This document shows, in pieces, positions 9,732-19,542 of a stretch of 64,000 nt of DNA. This stretch comes from an uncultured Gammaproteobacteria bacterium. Its GTDB lineage: Bacteria; Patescibacteriota; Microgenomatia; Levybacterales; GWA1-39-11. The position numbers and the translations under genes were made by a program. Each line of letters starts with the position of its first letter. The stretch's first letter is position 1. The stretch is taken from positions 5,217-69,216 of the forward strand of contig CAZMSF010000001.1 of assembly GCA_964568885.1 (NCBI GenBank), written 5' to 3'. The notes under the pieces are model-generated. The model saw only the letters and a list, made by a program, of their open reading frames with translations. It was not told the origin of the DNA and did no database searches.

Positions 9732-10733
9732 ATGTTTCACTCTACCCGCCTCAAATTAACAGCCTGGTACCTCCTTCTCATAATGCTCATCAGCTTTATT
9801 TTTAGCGTTGTAATTTTTGTAGACGTCAATCGCGAGCTTGTGAGATTTGAACATTACCAGGAATTGCGCCAGACACGCATAAGGGAACAATTTGGTGAAG
9901 AGCAAGTGCCCGCTGAAACGAACCCTTTTGACGAACAGCTAGTATATGAAGCAAGAAGCAGGCTCATTGCAAGCCTTATCGTTCTTAATATCTGTATTTT
10001 AGCCGGAGCTGGAGTTGCAGGATATTTTCTTGCCGGGCGCACACTGGACCCGATAAAAAGAGCCGTTGAGGATCAAGCACGCTTCATCGGAGATGCTTCG
10101 CACGAATTAAAAACTCCACTCACTACCCTCCGGTCGGAAATCGAAGTGTATCTAATGGGAAAAAAGCGGACGCTTGCCGAGTCGGATGCGATACTTAAAA
10201 GCAATCTCGAAGAAGTAATCCGTCTCCAAGGTTTGACAGACAACCTCATGCGACTTGCCACTCTTGAGAGCCCGGAAATAAGTTTTGAGAAAATTGAACT
10301 GGTGAATGTCCTTAGCAGCGCAATCAAAAGCGTTCAAGCCGTCGCCCGCGAAAAGAACATTACAATACAAAATAAATCGACAAGGTTAAACGTTGTCGGG
10401 AACTCGAAAAGCCTTACTCAACTTTTTACCATTCTTCTTGATAATGCGATTAAATACAGCACAAACAATACCAAAATTACCATCCGTTCGAGTGTTTATG
10501 GAGGGGTTGCGACAATTAAAGTCGTTGACCAGGGCATAGGAATAGCAGAAAGTGAGCTTGAAAAGATTTTTGACCGTTTTTACCGAGTAGACAAAAGCAG
10601 AAACTCTTCCGATGTACCGGGATACGGATTGGGGCTCTCTATCGCAAGGGAAATTGTCGTGATGCATAGCGGAGCAATTTCTTGTGTTTCCTCAAAAAAA
10701 GGTTCAACCTTTATTGTTGAGTTGCCTGTGTAG
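9732..10733 (+). CDS. Sensor histidine kinase
   Basis: 2 TM, ASHELKTPL H-box, NAIKY, D.G.GI, G.GLGL. Confidence 0.95.
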   Translation: MFHSTRLKLTAWYLLLIMLISFIFSVVIFVDVNRELVRFEHYQELRQTRIREQFGEEQVPAETNPFDEQLVYEARSRLIASLIVLNICILAGAGVAGYFLAGRTLDPIKRAVEDQARFIGDASHELKTPLTTLRSEIEVYLMGKKRTLAESDAILKSNLEEVIRLQGLTDNLMRLATLESPEISFEKIELVNVLSSAIKSVQAVAREKNITIQNKSTRLNVVGNSKSLTQLFTILLDNAIKYSTNNTKITIRSSVYGGVATIKVVDQGIGIAESELEKIFDRFYRVDKSRNSSDVPGYGLGLSIAREIVVMHSGAISCVSSKKGSTFIVELPV

Positions 10734-10789
10734 TTGTAGTATTCAGTCTATTTTCAGCTGGTGCGAATAGAATGCGTAAAAAAGATAGT

Positions 10790-12097
10790 ATGGGTGTATA
10801 CATTCCAAAATTTATAAAAAAATTGCCATTCAAAGCGAAATTGATAGGTTCAATTGCGATAATTTTATTGGCTCTTTTTGCTGTATCAAATTTGAGCAAA
10901 AAGCAGTCATCCTTTTCGTACCAAACGGTGCAGGTTCTACGGGAAAGCATTATAGAAAGCGTTACCGAGAGCGGTAACGTAACGTCCAATAGTCAAACAA
11001 ATATCGGGTCTCCGACAAATGGTGTCATTTCAGAGGTTTTTGTAAGAAACGGGGACGAAGTTTCGGCAGGTCAACAACTTTTTAGTGTCCGTTCGACAGC
11101 AACTCCTCAAGAGCAGGCACAAGCGTATGCCAATTATTTATCCGCCCAGAATTCGTTGAATTCGGCGACCGCAAAACTCAACTCCCTCCAGTCTGCTCTT
11201 TTTAAAGCAAACCAGGCATTCATCAACGACCGCGGAGTTCAAAATCCTTCAGACCAGCAAAAAACTGACCCTAAGTACATTGAAGAGAATGCCGATTGGC
11301 TGCAAGCTGAGGCCGATTACAAAAATCAGCAAGGGGTTATTGCTGCCGCTCAGGCAAGCCATAACAGCGCTTCCCTTGCATATGCGGCAACACAAGATTC
11401 AACGGTGACTGCTCCGATATCAGGAACGGTCGCAAATTTCTCTCTTGAGGCAGGAAGCAATGTTACTGCAACGGGCACGACCTACAACAACAGCAACTCC
11501 TCGGCAAATTCCACCAGCCAGGGTACTCAGGTACTGGTTTTGGGTAATTTTTCTCAGCTTTCGATTAAAGCACCTATTAACGAAGTTGATATCTCAAAAA
11601 TTAAGACGGGGCAAAAGGCAACTGTGACGTTTGATGCATTTCCCGACCAAACGTTCGTCGGAAAGGTGACAAGCATTGACACTATTGGAGCAAACTCATC
11701 GGGTGTCGTCACATTCAATGCATATATTTCCCTCATTCTTCCCCCTGCCACAATCAGGCCGGGGATGAGTGCTACGGCCGTAATACAAATTGCCAGGCAT
11801 GACAATGTATTGTCCGTTCCAGCAGCTGCAATTCAGACCACAAACGGAACATCGACAGTGCAACGTATGAGGAATGGAAATATTGAGGTTGTTGAAGTTG
11901 AAACCGGTATCTCATCGGATACAAATACCGAAATTCTTTCAGGCATCTCGGAGGGAGATACCATCATAATAGGTTCGCAGTCTACGACGGCCCAAGGAGC
12001 AGCTTCCCCCTTCAGTGGACTCAATAGGGGTTTTGGAGGGTTTGGGGGTGGAGGAAATCTGAGAGTTGTCGGCGGCGGTACAAGGCAAGGACGGTAA
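10790..12097 (+). CDS. MacA/HlyD-type membrane fusion (adaptor) protein
   Basis: Lipoyl-like halves, coiled coil, G.....PGMSA, Gly-rich tail. Confidence 0.9.
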   Translation: MGVYIPKFIKKLPFKAKLIGSIAIILLALFAVSNLSKKQSSFSYQTVQVLRESIIESVTESGNVTSNSQTNIGSPTNGVISEVFVRNGDEVSAGQQLFSVRSTATPQEQAQAYANYLSAQNSLNSATAKLNSLQSALFKANQAFINDRGVQNPSDQQKTDPKYIEENADWLQAEADYKNQQGVIAAAQASHNSASLAYAATQDSTVTAPISGTVANFSLEAGSNVTATGTTYNNSNSSANSTSQGTQVLVLGNFSQLSIKAPINEVDISKIKTGQKATVTFDAFPDQTFVGKVTSIDTIGANSSGVVTFNAYISLILPPATIRPGMSATAVIQIARHDNVLSVPAAAIQTTNGTSTVQRMRNGNIEVVEVETGISSDTNTEILSGISEGDTIIIGSQSTTAQGAASPFSGLNRGFGGFGGGGNLRVVGGGTRQGR

Positions 12098-12098
12098 T

Positions 12099-12803
12099 AT
12101 GGGCACCTCAACAATTATTAAGGTGAATCACCTCAATAAGCAGTACACTCTTGGAGATATTACAACCCGCGCATTAAGCGATGTCTCATTTGAAATAAAA
12201 AAGGGGGAATTCGTTGCAATTATGGGTCCATCGGGAAGCGGCAAATCTACTCTCATGCATATTCTGGGTGCGCTCGATATTCCCACATCCGGCAGCTATC
12301 TTTTGGACGGAAAGAATGTGGGACAACTCTCCGATGACGAGCTTTCCGAAATAAGGAACAAAAAAATTGGTTTTGTTTTTCAGGCCTTCAATCTTCTTCA
12401 AAGGACAACCGCTATAAAAAATGTCATGTTGCCCATGAGATACGCCGGTGTTCCATTGGAAGAACGGTACGAACGGGCAAAGAAATTCCTCTCAATGGTC
12501 GGACTTGCGGAACGGATGGAACACACCACCAACCAACTTTCGGGGGGGCAACAACAAAGGGTTGCAATTGCAAGAGGAATTTCCATGAACCCTGCTCTCC
12601 TTTTGGCGGACGAGCCGACAGGGAACATCGCATCAAGTCAAGCAGACGAGATAATGTCGATTTTTCGGAAACTCAATCAAAAAGAGGGACATACTATAGT
12701 AATGATTACCCATGAGGGTGATATTGCGGCACACGCGGGCCGAATAATCACGATAAAGGACGGAAAGATAATATCAGATGTAAAGAATAAAAAACCGCGA
12801 TGA
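12099..12803 (+). CDS. ABC transporter ATPase, MacB/LolD family
   Basis: [30 protein letters not shown]. Confidence 0.95.
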   Translation: MGTSTIIKVNHLNKQYTLGDITTRALSDVSFEIKKGEFVAIMGPSGSGKSTLMHILGALDIPTSGSYLLDGKNVGQLSDDELSEIRNKKIGFVFQAFNLLQRTTAIKNVMLPMRYAGVPLEERYERAKKFLSMVGLAERMEHTTNQLSGGQQQRVAIARGISMNPALLLADEPTGNIASSQADEIMSIFRKLNQKEGHTIVMITHEGDIAAHAGRIITIKDGKIISDVKNKKPR

Positions 12804-14035
12804 AAATGACGAATGAAACGTTTGAGCTTTTGTCCGAAAGTTTTTCTACCCTGACAATCAATAAGATGCGCACGGGGCTTGCTATCCTTGGCATTGTAAT
12901 AGGCATAGGAAGTGTAATTGTACTTATCTCTCTGGGACAAGCAACGCAGCAGCAGGTTCAAAATCAAATACAGTCCCTTGGTGCAAATCTTTTGACGGTT
13001 AATCCCGGCTCTCAAAATTCGGGCGGAGTACGCGGGGCAGCGGGGGCAGCAACAACATTGACGAATGAGGACGCAAAAGCCATTCGGACCTCCCCCAATA
13101 TCACTGCAGTACAAACCGTTTCGCCCGAGATACAAAGAAGAGAACAGATTACCGCCGGACGGACCAATTCAAATATCCAAATCATCGGTGTTACCGATTC
13201 TTACACTGCAGTTCACAAATTAAGTATGGATACCGGTACATTTGTTACCGAAAATGACAACGTGTCGTTAGGAAAGGTAATTGTTCTTGGTCCGCAAGTT
13301 GCAACGGACTTATTCGGAGAGACGGCTGGCGCCGTCGGACAAACAGTAAGAATCAATGGGATTCCGTTCCGGGTCATTGGAGTGACAAAAAGCAAAGGCG
13401 GCTCCGGTTTTTTTAACCAGGACGATATCGGATTCATTCCCCTATCAACTGCCCAAAAAATTGTATTCGGGCAAGACAACCTTAGCTCAATTGCTCTCGA
13501 AGCAAAATCGTCTGAGGTTATGACTGATGCCCAAAACCAAGTCGGATATCTTCTTTTGTCCCGGCATAAGCTACAAAGTCCGCAAGATGCCGATTTTTCA
13601 ATTTTTTCCCAAGCAGATATTCTCAGCACTGCTTCTCAGGCAACCGGAACTTTCACAACTTTTCTGGCAGGAATTGCCGCAATTTCGCTTCTTGTCGGAG
13701 GAATTGGAATTATGAACATCATGCTTGTTACAGTTACCGAAAGGACGCGTGAGATTGGACTTCGAAAAGCATTAGGTGCCAAGAAAAAGACAATTGTAAC
13801 TCAGTTTCTCATTGAGTCGATTTTCCTGACATTCACCGGTGGCGTCATTGGAATCGCACTTGGAATTCTTATTTCTTATGGATATTCGGCAGCTACAGCT
13901 TCCTTGTTTGTGATATCACCCTACTCAATTCTTCTCGCATTTGTCGTTTCGGGCGGTATTGGAATCCTATTTGGTTGGTACCCGGCAAGAAAGGCTGCGA
14001 ATTTACAACCTATTGAAGCGCTGAGATATGAATAA
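12800..14035 (+). CDS. ABC transporter permease, MacB/FtsX family
   Basis: GGIGIMNIML.TV.ERTREIG.RKALGA, P..ALRYE. Confidence 0.95.
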   Translation: MKMTNETFELLSESFSTLTINKMRTGLAILGIVIGIGSVIVLISLGQATQQQVQNQIQSLGANLLTVNPGSQNSGGVRGAAGAATTLTNEDAKAIRTSPNITAVQTVSPEIQRREQITAGRTNSNIQIIGVTDSYTAVHKLSMDTGTFVTENDNVSLGKVIVLGPQVATDLFGETAGAVGQTVRINGIPFRVIGVTKSKGGSGFFNQDDIGFIPLSTAQKIVFGQDNLSSIALEAKSSEVMTDAQNQVGYLLLSRHKLQSPQDADFSIFSQADILSTASQATGTFTTFLAGIAAISLLVGGIGIMNIMLVTVTERTREIGLRKALGAKKKTIVTQFLIESIFLTFTGGVIGIALGILISYGYSAATASLFVISPYSILLAFVVSGGIGILFGWYPARKAANLQPIEALRYE

Positions 14036-14097
14036 GTATTGTAAGCTTAATTTAAGGTACCTAAATTATAGTTCCATTCATAAAGGAGGTGAAATTT

Positions 14098-14565
14098 ATG
14101 GCAAATGAAAAAAATAATTCAAACAAGAATTTACTGATTACTATAGTCATTGTAGTGATTGTTGCAGCCGGAGCATTCTACGGTGGTATGCTGTATCAAA
14201 AGACACAAGCAAGGACAACATTTGGACAATTCGCACGGGAGGGAAGGTTCGGACAGAACCAAACCGGCATGATGAGGAATGGTGCGAACCGGGGATTCGG
14301 GGGTGCTGTAGTTGGCGATATCGTTTCAATTGACAATGATAGTCTTACCGTCAAACTTCAGGATGGAAGTAGTAAGATCGTCAATTTATCTCAATCAACA
14401 ACGTATAGCAAGACCGAAACGGGTTCGAAAACCGACCTTAAAAGCGGAACAAAAGTTGCGGCAATTGGAACTTCAAATTCGGACGGTTCAGTAACGGCGC
14501 AGAACATACAAATTAATCCTGCGTTTAGGATGATGGGAAGACCAAGCGTTACTCCGGCCAAGTAG
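14098..14565 (+). CDS. Membrane-anchored DUF5666-like OB-fold protein
   Basis: TM with FYGGM.YQ, G.....DGSV.A..I; SD AAAGGAGGTGA. Confidence 0.7.
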   Translation: MANEKNNSNKNLLITIVIVVIVAAGAFYGGMLYQKTQARTTFGQFAREGRFGQNQTGMMRNGANRGFGGAVVGDIVSIDNDSLTVKLQDGSSKIVNLSQSTTYSKTETGSKTDLKSGTKVAAIGTSNSDGSVTAQNIQINPAFRMMGRPSVTPAK

Positions 14566-14607
14566 AATTTGTTGACGGACGGCCGAGCACTGTGAGAAGC
14601 TTACAGT

Positions 14608-14946
14608 ATGGAGCAATTATACTGCAAAGTATGCAAAGCCATTATTCTTCCTGCGTATAATTACTGTCCGAGCTGTGGAGTGAAACTAAAGGACACCGAA
14701 TTAACCATTACTCTTTCAAAACAGATTGGAGTGTATTTGTTAAGCTTTTTTCTCCCTCCTTTAGGGTTGTGGCCGGGATTCAAATATCTGAGAAAAGGGA
14801 ACGAGCATGCAAAACACGTCGGACTTATCGCAATTTTCTTAACAATTTTAGGAATAATTATCTCTTTATGGGCTTTCTTTGGTATTATTCACTCGGTCAA
14901 TAACACCCTCAATCAACAAATCAACTTAAAACAACTCGGTTATTAG
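14608..14946 (+). CDS. Zinc-ribbon membrane protein
   Basis: CxxC...CPxCG then two TM. Confidence 0.7.
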   Translation: MEQLYCKVCKAIILPAYNYCPSCGVKLKDTELTITLSKQIGVYLLSFFLPPLGLWPGFKYLRKGNEHAKHVGLIAIFLTILGIIISLWAFFGIIHSVNNTLNQQINLKQLGY

Positions 14947-15202
14947 CAGCAATCAGTTCTTTCTTTTCTTCGCGTGTTAGTTGTTTTAACGAATATTCAC
15001 GTTTTAAGGCTCTAGATGCACCTTTCACTTTTTCAAAATACACAAGAAAAACCGGTCGTCTTGAACGGGTATATTTGGCTCCGCCGTTGATAAGTCCGTT
15101 ATGCGCACTTAACCGCATGGGTATGTTTTTTGTTTTACCGATGTAAAATGTATTGTCCGAGCATTCCAGAATATAGACGTAGAAATGCGAATCATTTACC
15201 AT
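14921..15202 (-). CDS. Stand-alone GIY-YIG nuclease (UPF0213/YhbQ-like)
   Basis: YVYILEC.D..FYIG.T, GAKYTR.RRPV, A.KRE..LK.L. Confidence 0.9.
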   Translation of the reverse strand: MVNDSHFYVYILECSDNTFYIGKTKNIPMRLSAHNGLINGGAKYTRSRRPVFLVYFEKVKGASRALKREYSLKQLTREEKKELIAANNRVVLS

Positions 15203-15276
15203 TTGCTATTTTTTCCTTACAATACAACTATTATTAAGTCTCTTTTAAGCTATTTCATTTAAACTACATACAGTAT

Positions 15277-15786
15277 ATGAGAAAGTATCTTCAAATAACA
15301 ATTGTCTTGGGAGCCTTTTTTTTGCTTGTTTTTGCCAAAAATTTAAAGGGAAGCGACGATGAGGTAAAAATTGTCGGCAACAAGCAAGTTCTTCCTTCCC
15401 CAACTCAGGAGACATCTCCGCCTGCTACGCCAAATCCGCAAGAAACAGGTGCTCCGATAATAGCAACTGCTACTCCGCTACCCACCGTGAAAGTTGCGGG
15501 AAAATACAAAGACGGAACATACGACGGAACCATCGAGGACGCATTTTACGGAAATCTACAAGTACAGGCCGTCATTAAAGACGGGAAACTAGCCGACGTA
15601 TTGCCTCTTTTATATCCAAATGATAATAGAACCTCAATTTCTATAAATACCCAGGCAATCCCTATGCTACGAGATGAAGCTGTAAAAGCCCAAAGTGCGC
15701 AGGTTGATATTATAAGCGGAGCATCAGACTCAAGCCCCGCTTTTTCGCGTTCTCTAGCGTCTGCCTTAAAGAAGGCTCAAAACTAA
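15277..15786 (+). CDS. Membrane-anchored FMN-binding (flavinylated) protein
   Basis: YKDGTY.G, VDIISGAS flavinylation motif. Confidence 0.9.
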   Translation: MRKYLQITIVLGAFFLLVFAKNLKGSDDEVKIVGNKQVLPSPTQETSPPATPNPQETGAPIIATATPLPTVKVAGKYKDGTYDGTIEDAFYGNLQVQAVIKDGKLADVLPLLYPNDNRTSISINTQAIPMLRDEAVKAQSAQVDIISGASDSSPAFSRSLASALKKAQN

Positions 15787-15790
15787 CACT

Positions 15791-16528
15791 ATGAAGATTA
15801 CCGAAGGAATTATGGGCATGAGTGTCGCAATTGAAGTTCTTGATACAACTGTTAAGAGCACGGACATTGATGAAGTGCTTGACTATTTCCATTCTATCGA
15901 TGAAACCTTCAGTACATATAAAAAAACCAGCGAAATCTCACGCATAAACAAAAAACTTCTAAAGCTCGAAGACGCAAGCCCGGAGGTTAAGAAAGTGTTG
16001 AAATTGTGCGATGAAACAAAACTTATGACGAAGGGGTATTTCGATATTTCAGTTGAGGGGATTATCGACCCTTCCGGGCTTGTAAAGGGGTATGCTATAT
16101 CTGAGGGGTCAAAACTATTGATAAAAAAAGGGTATAAAAATTTTTATGTTGAGATAGGGGGCGATATTGATATCCGTGGCCTTAAAAATGGCATGAAATG
16201 GAAAGTAGGGATAAGAAATCCGCTCAAAACGTTCGAAAACGCGAGGGTTCTTTATCTCAGCGACAGAGGGATTGCAACCTCCGGAACCTACGAACGCGGT
16301 ATGCATATCTACAATCCGATAAAGAAAAAGCTTGCCAACGAGTTATCAAGCGTGACCGTGGTTGCAAATAACGTTTATGAAGCAGATAGGTTCGCAACTG
16401 CAGTGTATGCGATGGGCGAAAAGGGAATTGACTTTTTGGAAGAAAAAGAAGATCTGGAAGGATATGCCATTACAAAAGACGGTAAAGAGCTTGTTACGAG
16501 CGGTTTTACGGCGTATCTTTCTCCCTAA
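15791..16528 (+). CDS. apbE: FAD:protein FMN transferase
   Basis: DPSG.VKGY, GGDI, ATSG.YERG.HI, AD..ATA. Confidence 0.9.
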   Translation: MKITEGIMGMSVAIEVLDTTVKSTDIDEVLDYFHSIDETFSTYKKTSEISRINKKLLKLEDASPEVKKVLKLCDETKLMTKGYFDISVEGIIDPSGLVKGYAISEGSKLLIKKGYKNFYVEIGGDIDIRGLKNGMKWKVGIRNPLKTFENARVLYLSDRGIATSGTYERGMHIYNPIKKKLANELSSVTVVANNVYEADRFATAVYAMGEKGIDFLEEKEDLEGYAITKDGKELVTSGFTAYLSP

Positions 16529-16531
16529 ATT

Positions 16532-18055
16532 ATGATTATAGACAAACTTCTTAATAAGATTACTATGTACAGGTTGACCCTGTACTACCTGATTGCGCTC
16601 GTAATTTACGCTATGATTACGGGTTTTTTCGGACTTACATTATATGGTTCCGTCGACATTTTACTTTCTTCAGTCATCGTTCTGTCTGTATGCTTCATCT
16701 CGAACTGGATTTTTGCAAAACTTTTTAAGGCGGTAACGAATGTCGAAAGTGTCTTTATTACCGCTCTTATTATCATTCTTATTTTTCCGATGAAGTTCCC
16801 TCACCAAGCCGTCGGTCTTATCGGCGTGTCACTTCTTGCGATGGGGTCAAAGTATCTTCTCACTGTTGAAAAAAGACACCTTTTCAATCCTGCTGCGGTT
16901 GGGGTTGCAATGATGTCGCTTCTCTCGGCCGAGCATTCGGCAACATGGTGGGTTGGAACGCCTCTTCTTATTGTTCCTACCCTCATCGGTGGGTTGCTTA
17001 TAGTACGAAAGGTACAACGGATGCGGATGGCAGTGGTGTTTTTGGTTACTTACTTTGTGTTTGCAGCGGGAGCTGCCCTTCTTCATTCAAACCCCATATT
17101 ATCCCTGTGGCAAAGAGGCGCGTTTTCATCAGCGCTTTTCTTCTTTACTTTCGTGATGCTTACAGAACCGCTTACCTCCCCTTCTACAAAAAAAATGCGA
17201 ACTTGGTATGCAATTATCGTCGCTGCATTATATTCAACCCCAATAGTACGACTCGGTGGTCTCGTTTTTACACCCGAAATGGCGCTTGTGGTCGGGAACA
17301 TATTCTCATACGTAGTCAATCCGAAGTATAGACTCGAACTTCCATTGATAAAGAAAACTCAATTGTCGCCGGATACGTTTCTTTTCGACTTTGGTCTGGT
17401 GAAAGGGTTCAAATTCTTGCCCGGTCAATACATGGAATGGACCTTGCCTCACTCAAATGCCGACAGCAGAGGAAACCGTAGATACTTCAGCCTGGCGAAC
17501 TCTCCCCATGAAGGCATCTCAATCGCGGTCAAATTCTATTCACCTTCAAGCACTTATAAAAGAGCTTTACTTTCTCTTCAGCCGGGACAAAAAATTGTTT
17601 CATCAAGCCTTTCCGGTGATTTTGTAATGCCCACCACAAGAAATACCCCATTGGTCTTTATAGCAGGAGGTGTCGGAATCGCACCATTTCGAAGTATCAT
17701 TGAGGACATCGTTGAAAAGAAAGAACAAGTCAATATCACCGTACTTTTTGCAAACAAAAGGAAAGAAGACATCCTGTTTCTTGACACCTTGGAAAAAGCC
17801 CGAGCATTTGGAGTAAACACTTTCTATATACTTACCGACAAAACTGCAATTCCTGCGGGTTGGCAAGGCATCTCAGGACATGTTACGCCGGAAATAGTAA
17901 AAACTTCTATTCCCGACTACATCAAGCGGAAGTTTTATGTTTCGGGACCTCAATTGATGGTACAAAACTTTGAGAAAATTCTCTTATCAACCGGTGTTTT
18001 AAAGAAAAACATCAAAGTTGATTTCTTTCCCGGTTATCAGGAAACCTCTGCCTAG
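16532..18055 (+). CDS. RnfD/NqrB-like membrane domain fused to FNR-type FAD/NAD(P)H oxidoreductase
   Basis: H.FNPAA, MLTEPLTSP; R.FSL, FIAGGVGIAPF, YVSGP. Confidence 0.85.
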   Translation: MIIDKLLNKITMYRLTLYYLIALVIYAMITGFFGLTLYGSVDILLSSVIVLSVCFISNWIFAKLFKAVTNVESVFITALIIILIFPMKFPHQAVGLIGVSLLAMGSKYLLTVEKRHLFNPAAVGVAMMSLLSAEHSATWWVGTPLLIVPTLIGGLLIVRKVQRMRMAVVFLVTYFVFAAGAALLHSNPILSLWQRGAFSSALFFFTFVMLTEPLTSPSTKKMRTWYAIIVAALYSTPIVRLGGLVFTPEMALVVGNIFSYVVNPKYRLELPLIKKTQLSPDTFLFDFGLVKGFKFLPGQYMEWTLPHSNADSRGNRRYFSLANSPHEGISIAVKFYSPSSTYKRALLSLQPGQKIVSSSLSGDFVMPTTRNTPLVFIAGGVGIAPFRSIIEDIVEKKEQVNITVLFANKRKEDILFLDTLEKARAFGVNTFYILTDKTAIPAGWQGISGHVTPEIVKTSIPDYIKRKFYVSGPQLMVQNFEKILLSTGVLKKNIKVDFFPGYQETSA

Positions 18056-18111
18056 GTTGATTTTGTCCTCAAAATGTGCTATAGTATATTCAATATTCCT
18101 ACATTTTCTCC

Positions 18112-18396
18112 ATGGCTACACAGCAAGAACCTAAACATTCAAACCCTTGTACCCGGTGCGGAAAAGAGCGCATTGAGGGCAAAAAATGGAAAGAGGAAAT
18201 AGCTACTTTTTTCGGGACCTCAACTATCATCCATACCGAGACAGTTTGCCCGGACAAGGAATGTCAAAAAATTGTCGAGCAAAAGCTTGAGGCTCTCAAG
18301 CAAAAATCCGATGAATTGAAAGAGGAAAAACAGAAAAAACTTGACGTTCTTGCTAATGCGCGGAAGCTGAAAGCCGCTCAAAACCTCAAAAATTAA
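18112..18396 (+). CDS. Small Cys-motif hypothetical protein
   Basis: CTRCGK...CPD.EC plus coiled coil. Confidence 0.7.
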   Translation: MATQQEPKHSNPCTRCGKERIEGKKWKEEIATFFGTSTIIHTETVCPDKECQKIVEQKLEALKQKSDELKEEKQKKLDVLANARKLKAAQNLKN

Positions 18397-19508
18397 ACTA
18401 CTTTTCTTTTTGTAGAGGCATGTAAATGCACTAAAAGCTCATAAGGTATTACCCCTGCAATTTTTGACGCATTTTCAATAGTGTTACGGTCATTCGTATC
18501 AGATGAATACACGGTGACCACATCGTCTTCACGAAGATTGGAAACGGCAGTGACATCTATTGTGGTTATATTCATGCTCACTCTCCCTACAATCGGGCAT
18601 AATATTCCCTTCACCTTAACAAACCCCTTATTGGAAAGCTTTCTTTCTACACCGTCATTATATCCTGCCGGCAGAATTGCAAGACTAATCTTTTTTTGTG
18701 CTTTGTATGTAAAATTGTAACCAACGCACTCCCCTTTTTTTATGGTTTTAATTTGTGCAATTCGTGTTTTAAATTCAAGCACCGGTTTTAGAAAGGTGTT
18801 TTTGAACGAAGGGTCTATTCCATAAAGAGATATTCCTGCCCTGGCCACATTTCCCAGATTTGAAAGTCCGCCACTTTTCAAAATTCCAGAGGAATTTGCT
18901 ATATGTACATACTCCGGAGAAAAACTTTTTTTTATCACGGCTACCGCTTGCCCAAACCGTTCATTTTGATCTTGCGTCAGTTTTTTTGTAGGATTTTCAG
19001 ATTCGGCAAAGTGAGACATTATACCCTCAAGATATATACCCGATTTTTTTATATCCGAAAGAATATCTCCTAATTCCTCAAACAAAAAACCTTCCCTGTG
19101 CATTCCCGTATCGATAAACAAATGAATTTTGCTTTTCGGCTGATACTCTTTTAGAGCGCGCAGTTGTTTCTTGGTATAGAGCGCGAAAGAAAATGGCAAG
19201 TGCTTTGTATGAAGACTTTCCGGGCTTACGTATCCCATGACAAGAATCGGGGTCGAAATATTTGCCTTGTAAAGCTCGTAGGCCTCATATAGGCTGTCTA
19301 CGCAAAAAAATGGGGGATCAAGTGCGTCCAGAACGGACGCAATTTGAGTAAGCCCGTGTCCGTACCCATTGCTTTTTAAAACCGGGGCAATCTTGAGCCC
19401 AAAGGAATTGAGATAATTGTAGTTTGAAATCAGCCTTTTTTTTGAGATTTCCAGAATGTTTAACGGTTTGTAATTTCTGGTTAAAAGATTTTCGATTTGC
19501 TCTAACAT
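18393..19508 (-). CDS. alr: Alanine racemase
   Basis: VLKSNGYGHG, DTGMHR.G, GY.DG, GRVSM, IPYE. Confidence 0.95.
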   Translation of the reverse strand: MLEQIENLLTRNYKPLNILEISKKRLISNYNYLNSFGLKIAPVLKSNGYGHGLTQIASVLDALDPPFFCVDSLYEAYELYKANISTPILVMGYVSPESLHTKHLPFSFALYTKKQLRALKEYQPKSKIHLFIDTGMHREGFLFEELGDILSDIKKSGIYLEGIMSHFAESENPTKKLTQDQNERFGQAVAVIKKSFSPEYVHIANSSGILKSGGLSNLGNVARAGISLYGIDPSFKNTFLKPVLEFKTRIAQIKTIKKGECVGYNFTYKAQKKISLAILPAGYNDGVERKLSNKGFVKVKGILCPIVGRVSMNITTIDVTAVSNLREDDVVTVYSSDTNDRNTIENASKIAGVIPYELLVHLHASTKRKVV

Positions 19509-19542
19509 AAAGCGTCTTATTATATTCCATTTTACAAATTGT

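Noticed and set aside
14589-14608. ACTGTGAG-AAG-CTTACAGT hairpin as another GTAAGC element
   Set aside because: It contains GTAAGC on the minus strand but lacks the GCTTGC half and any target duplication.
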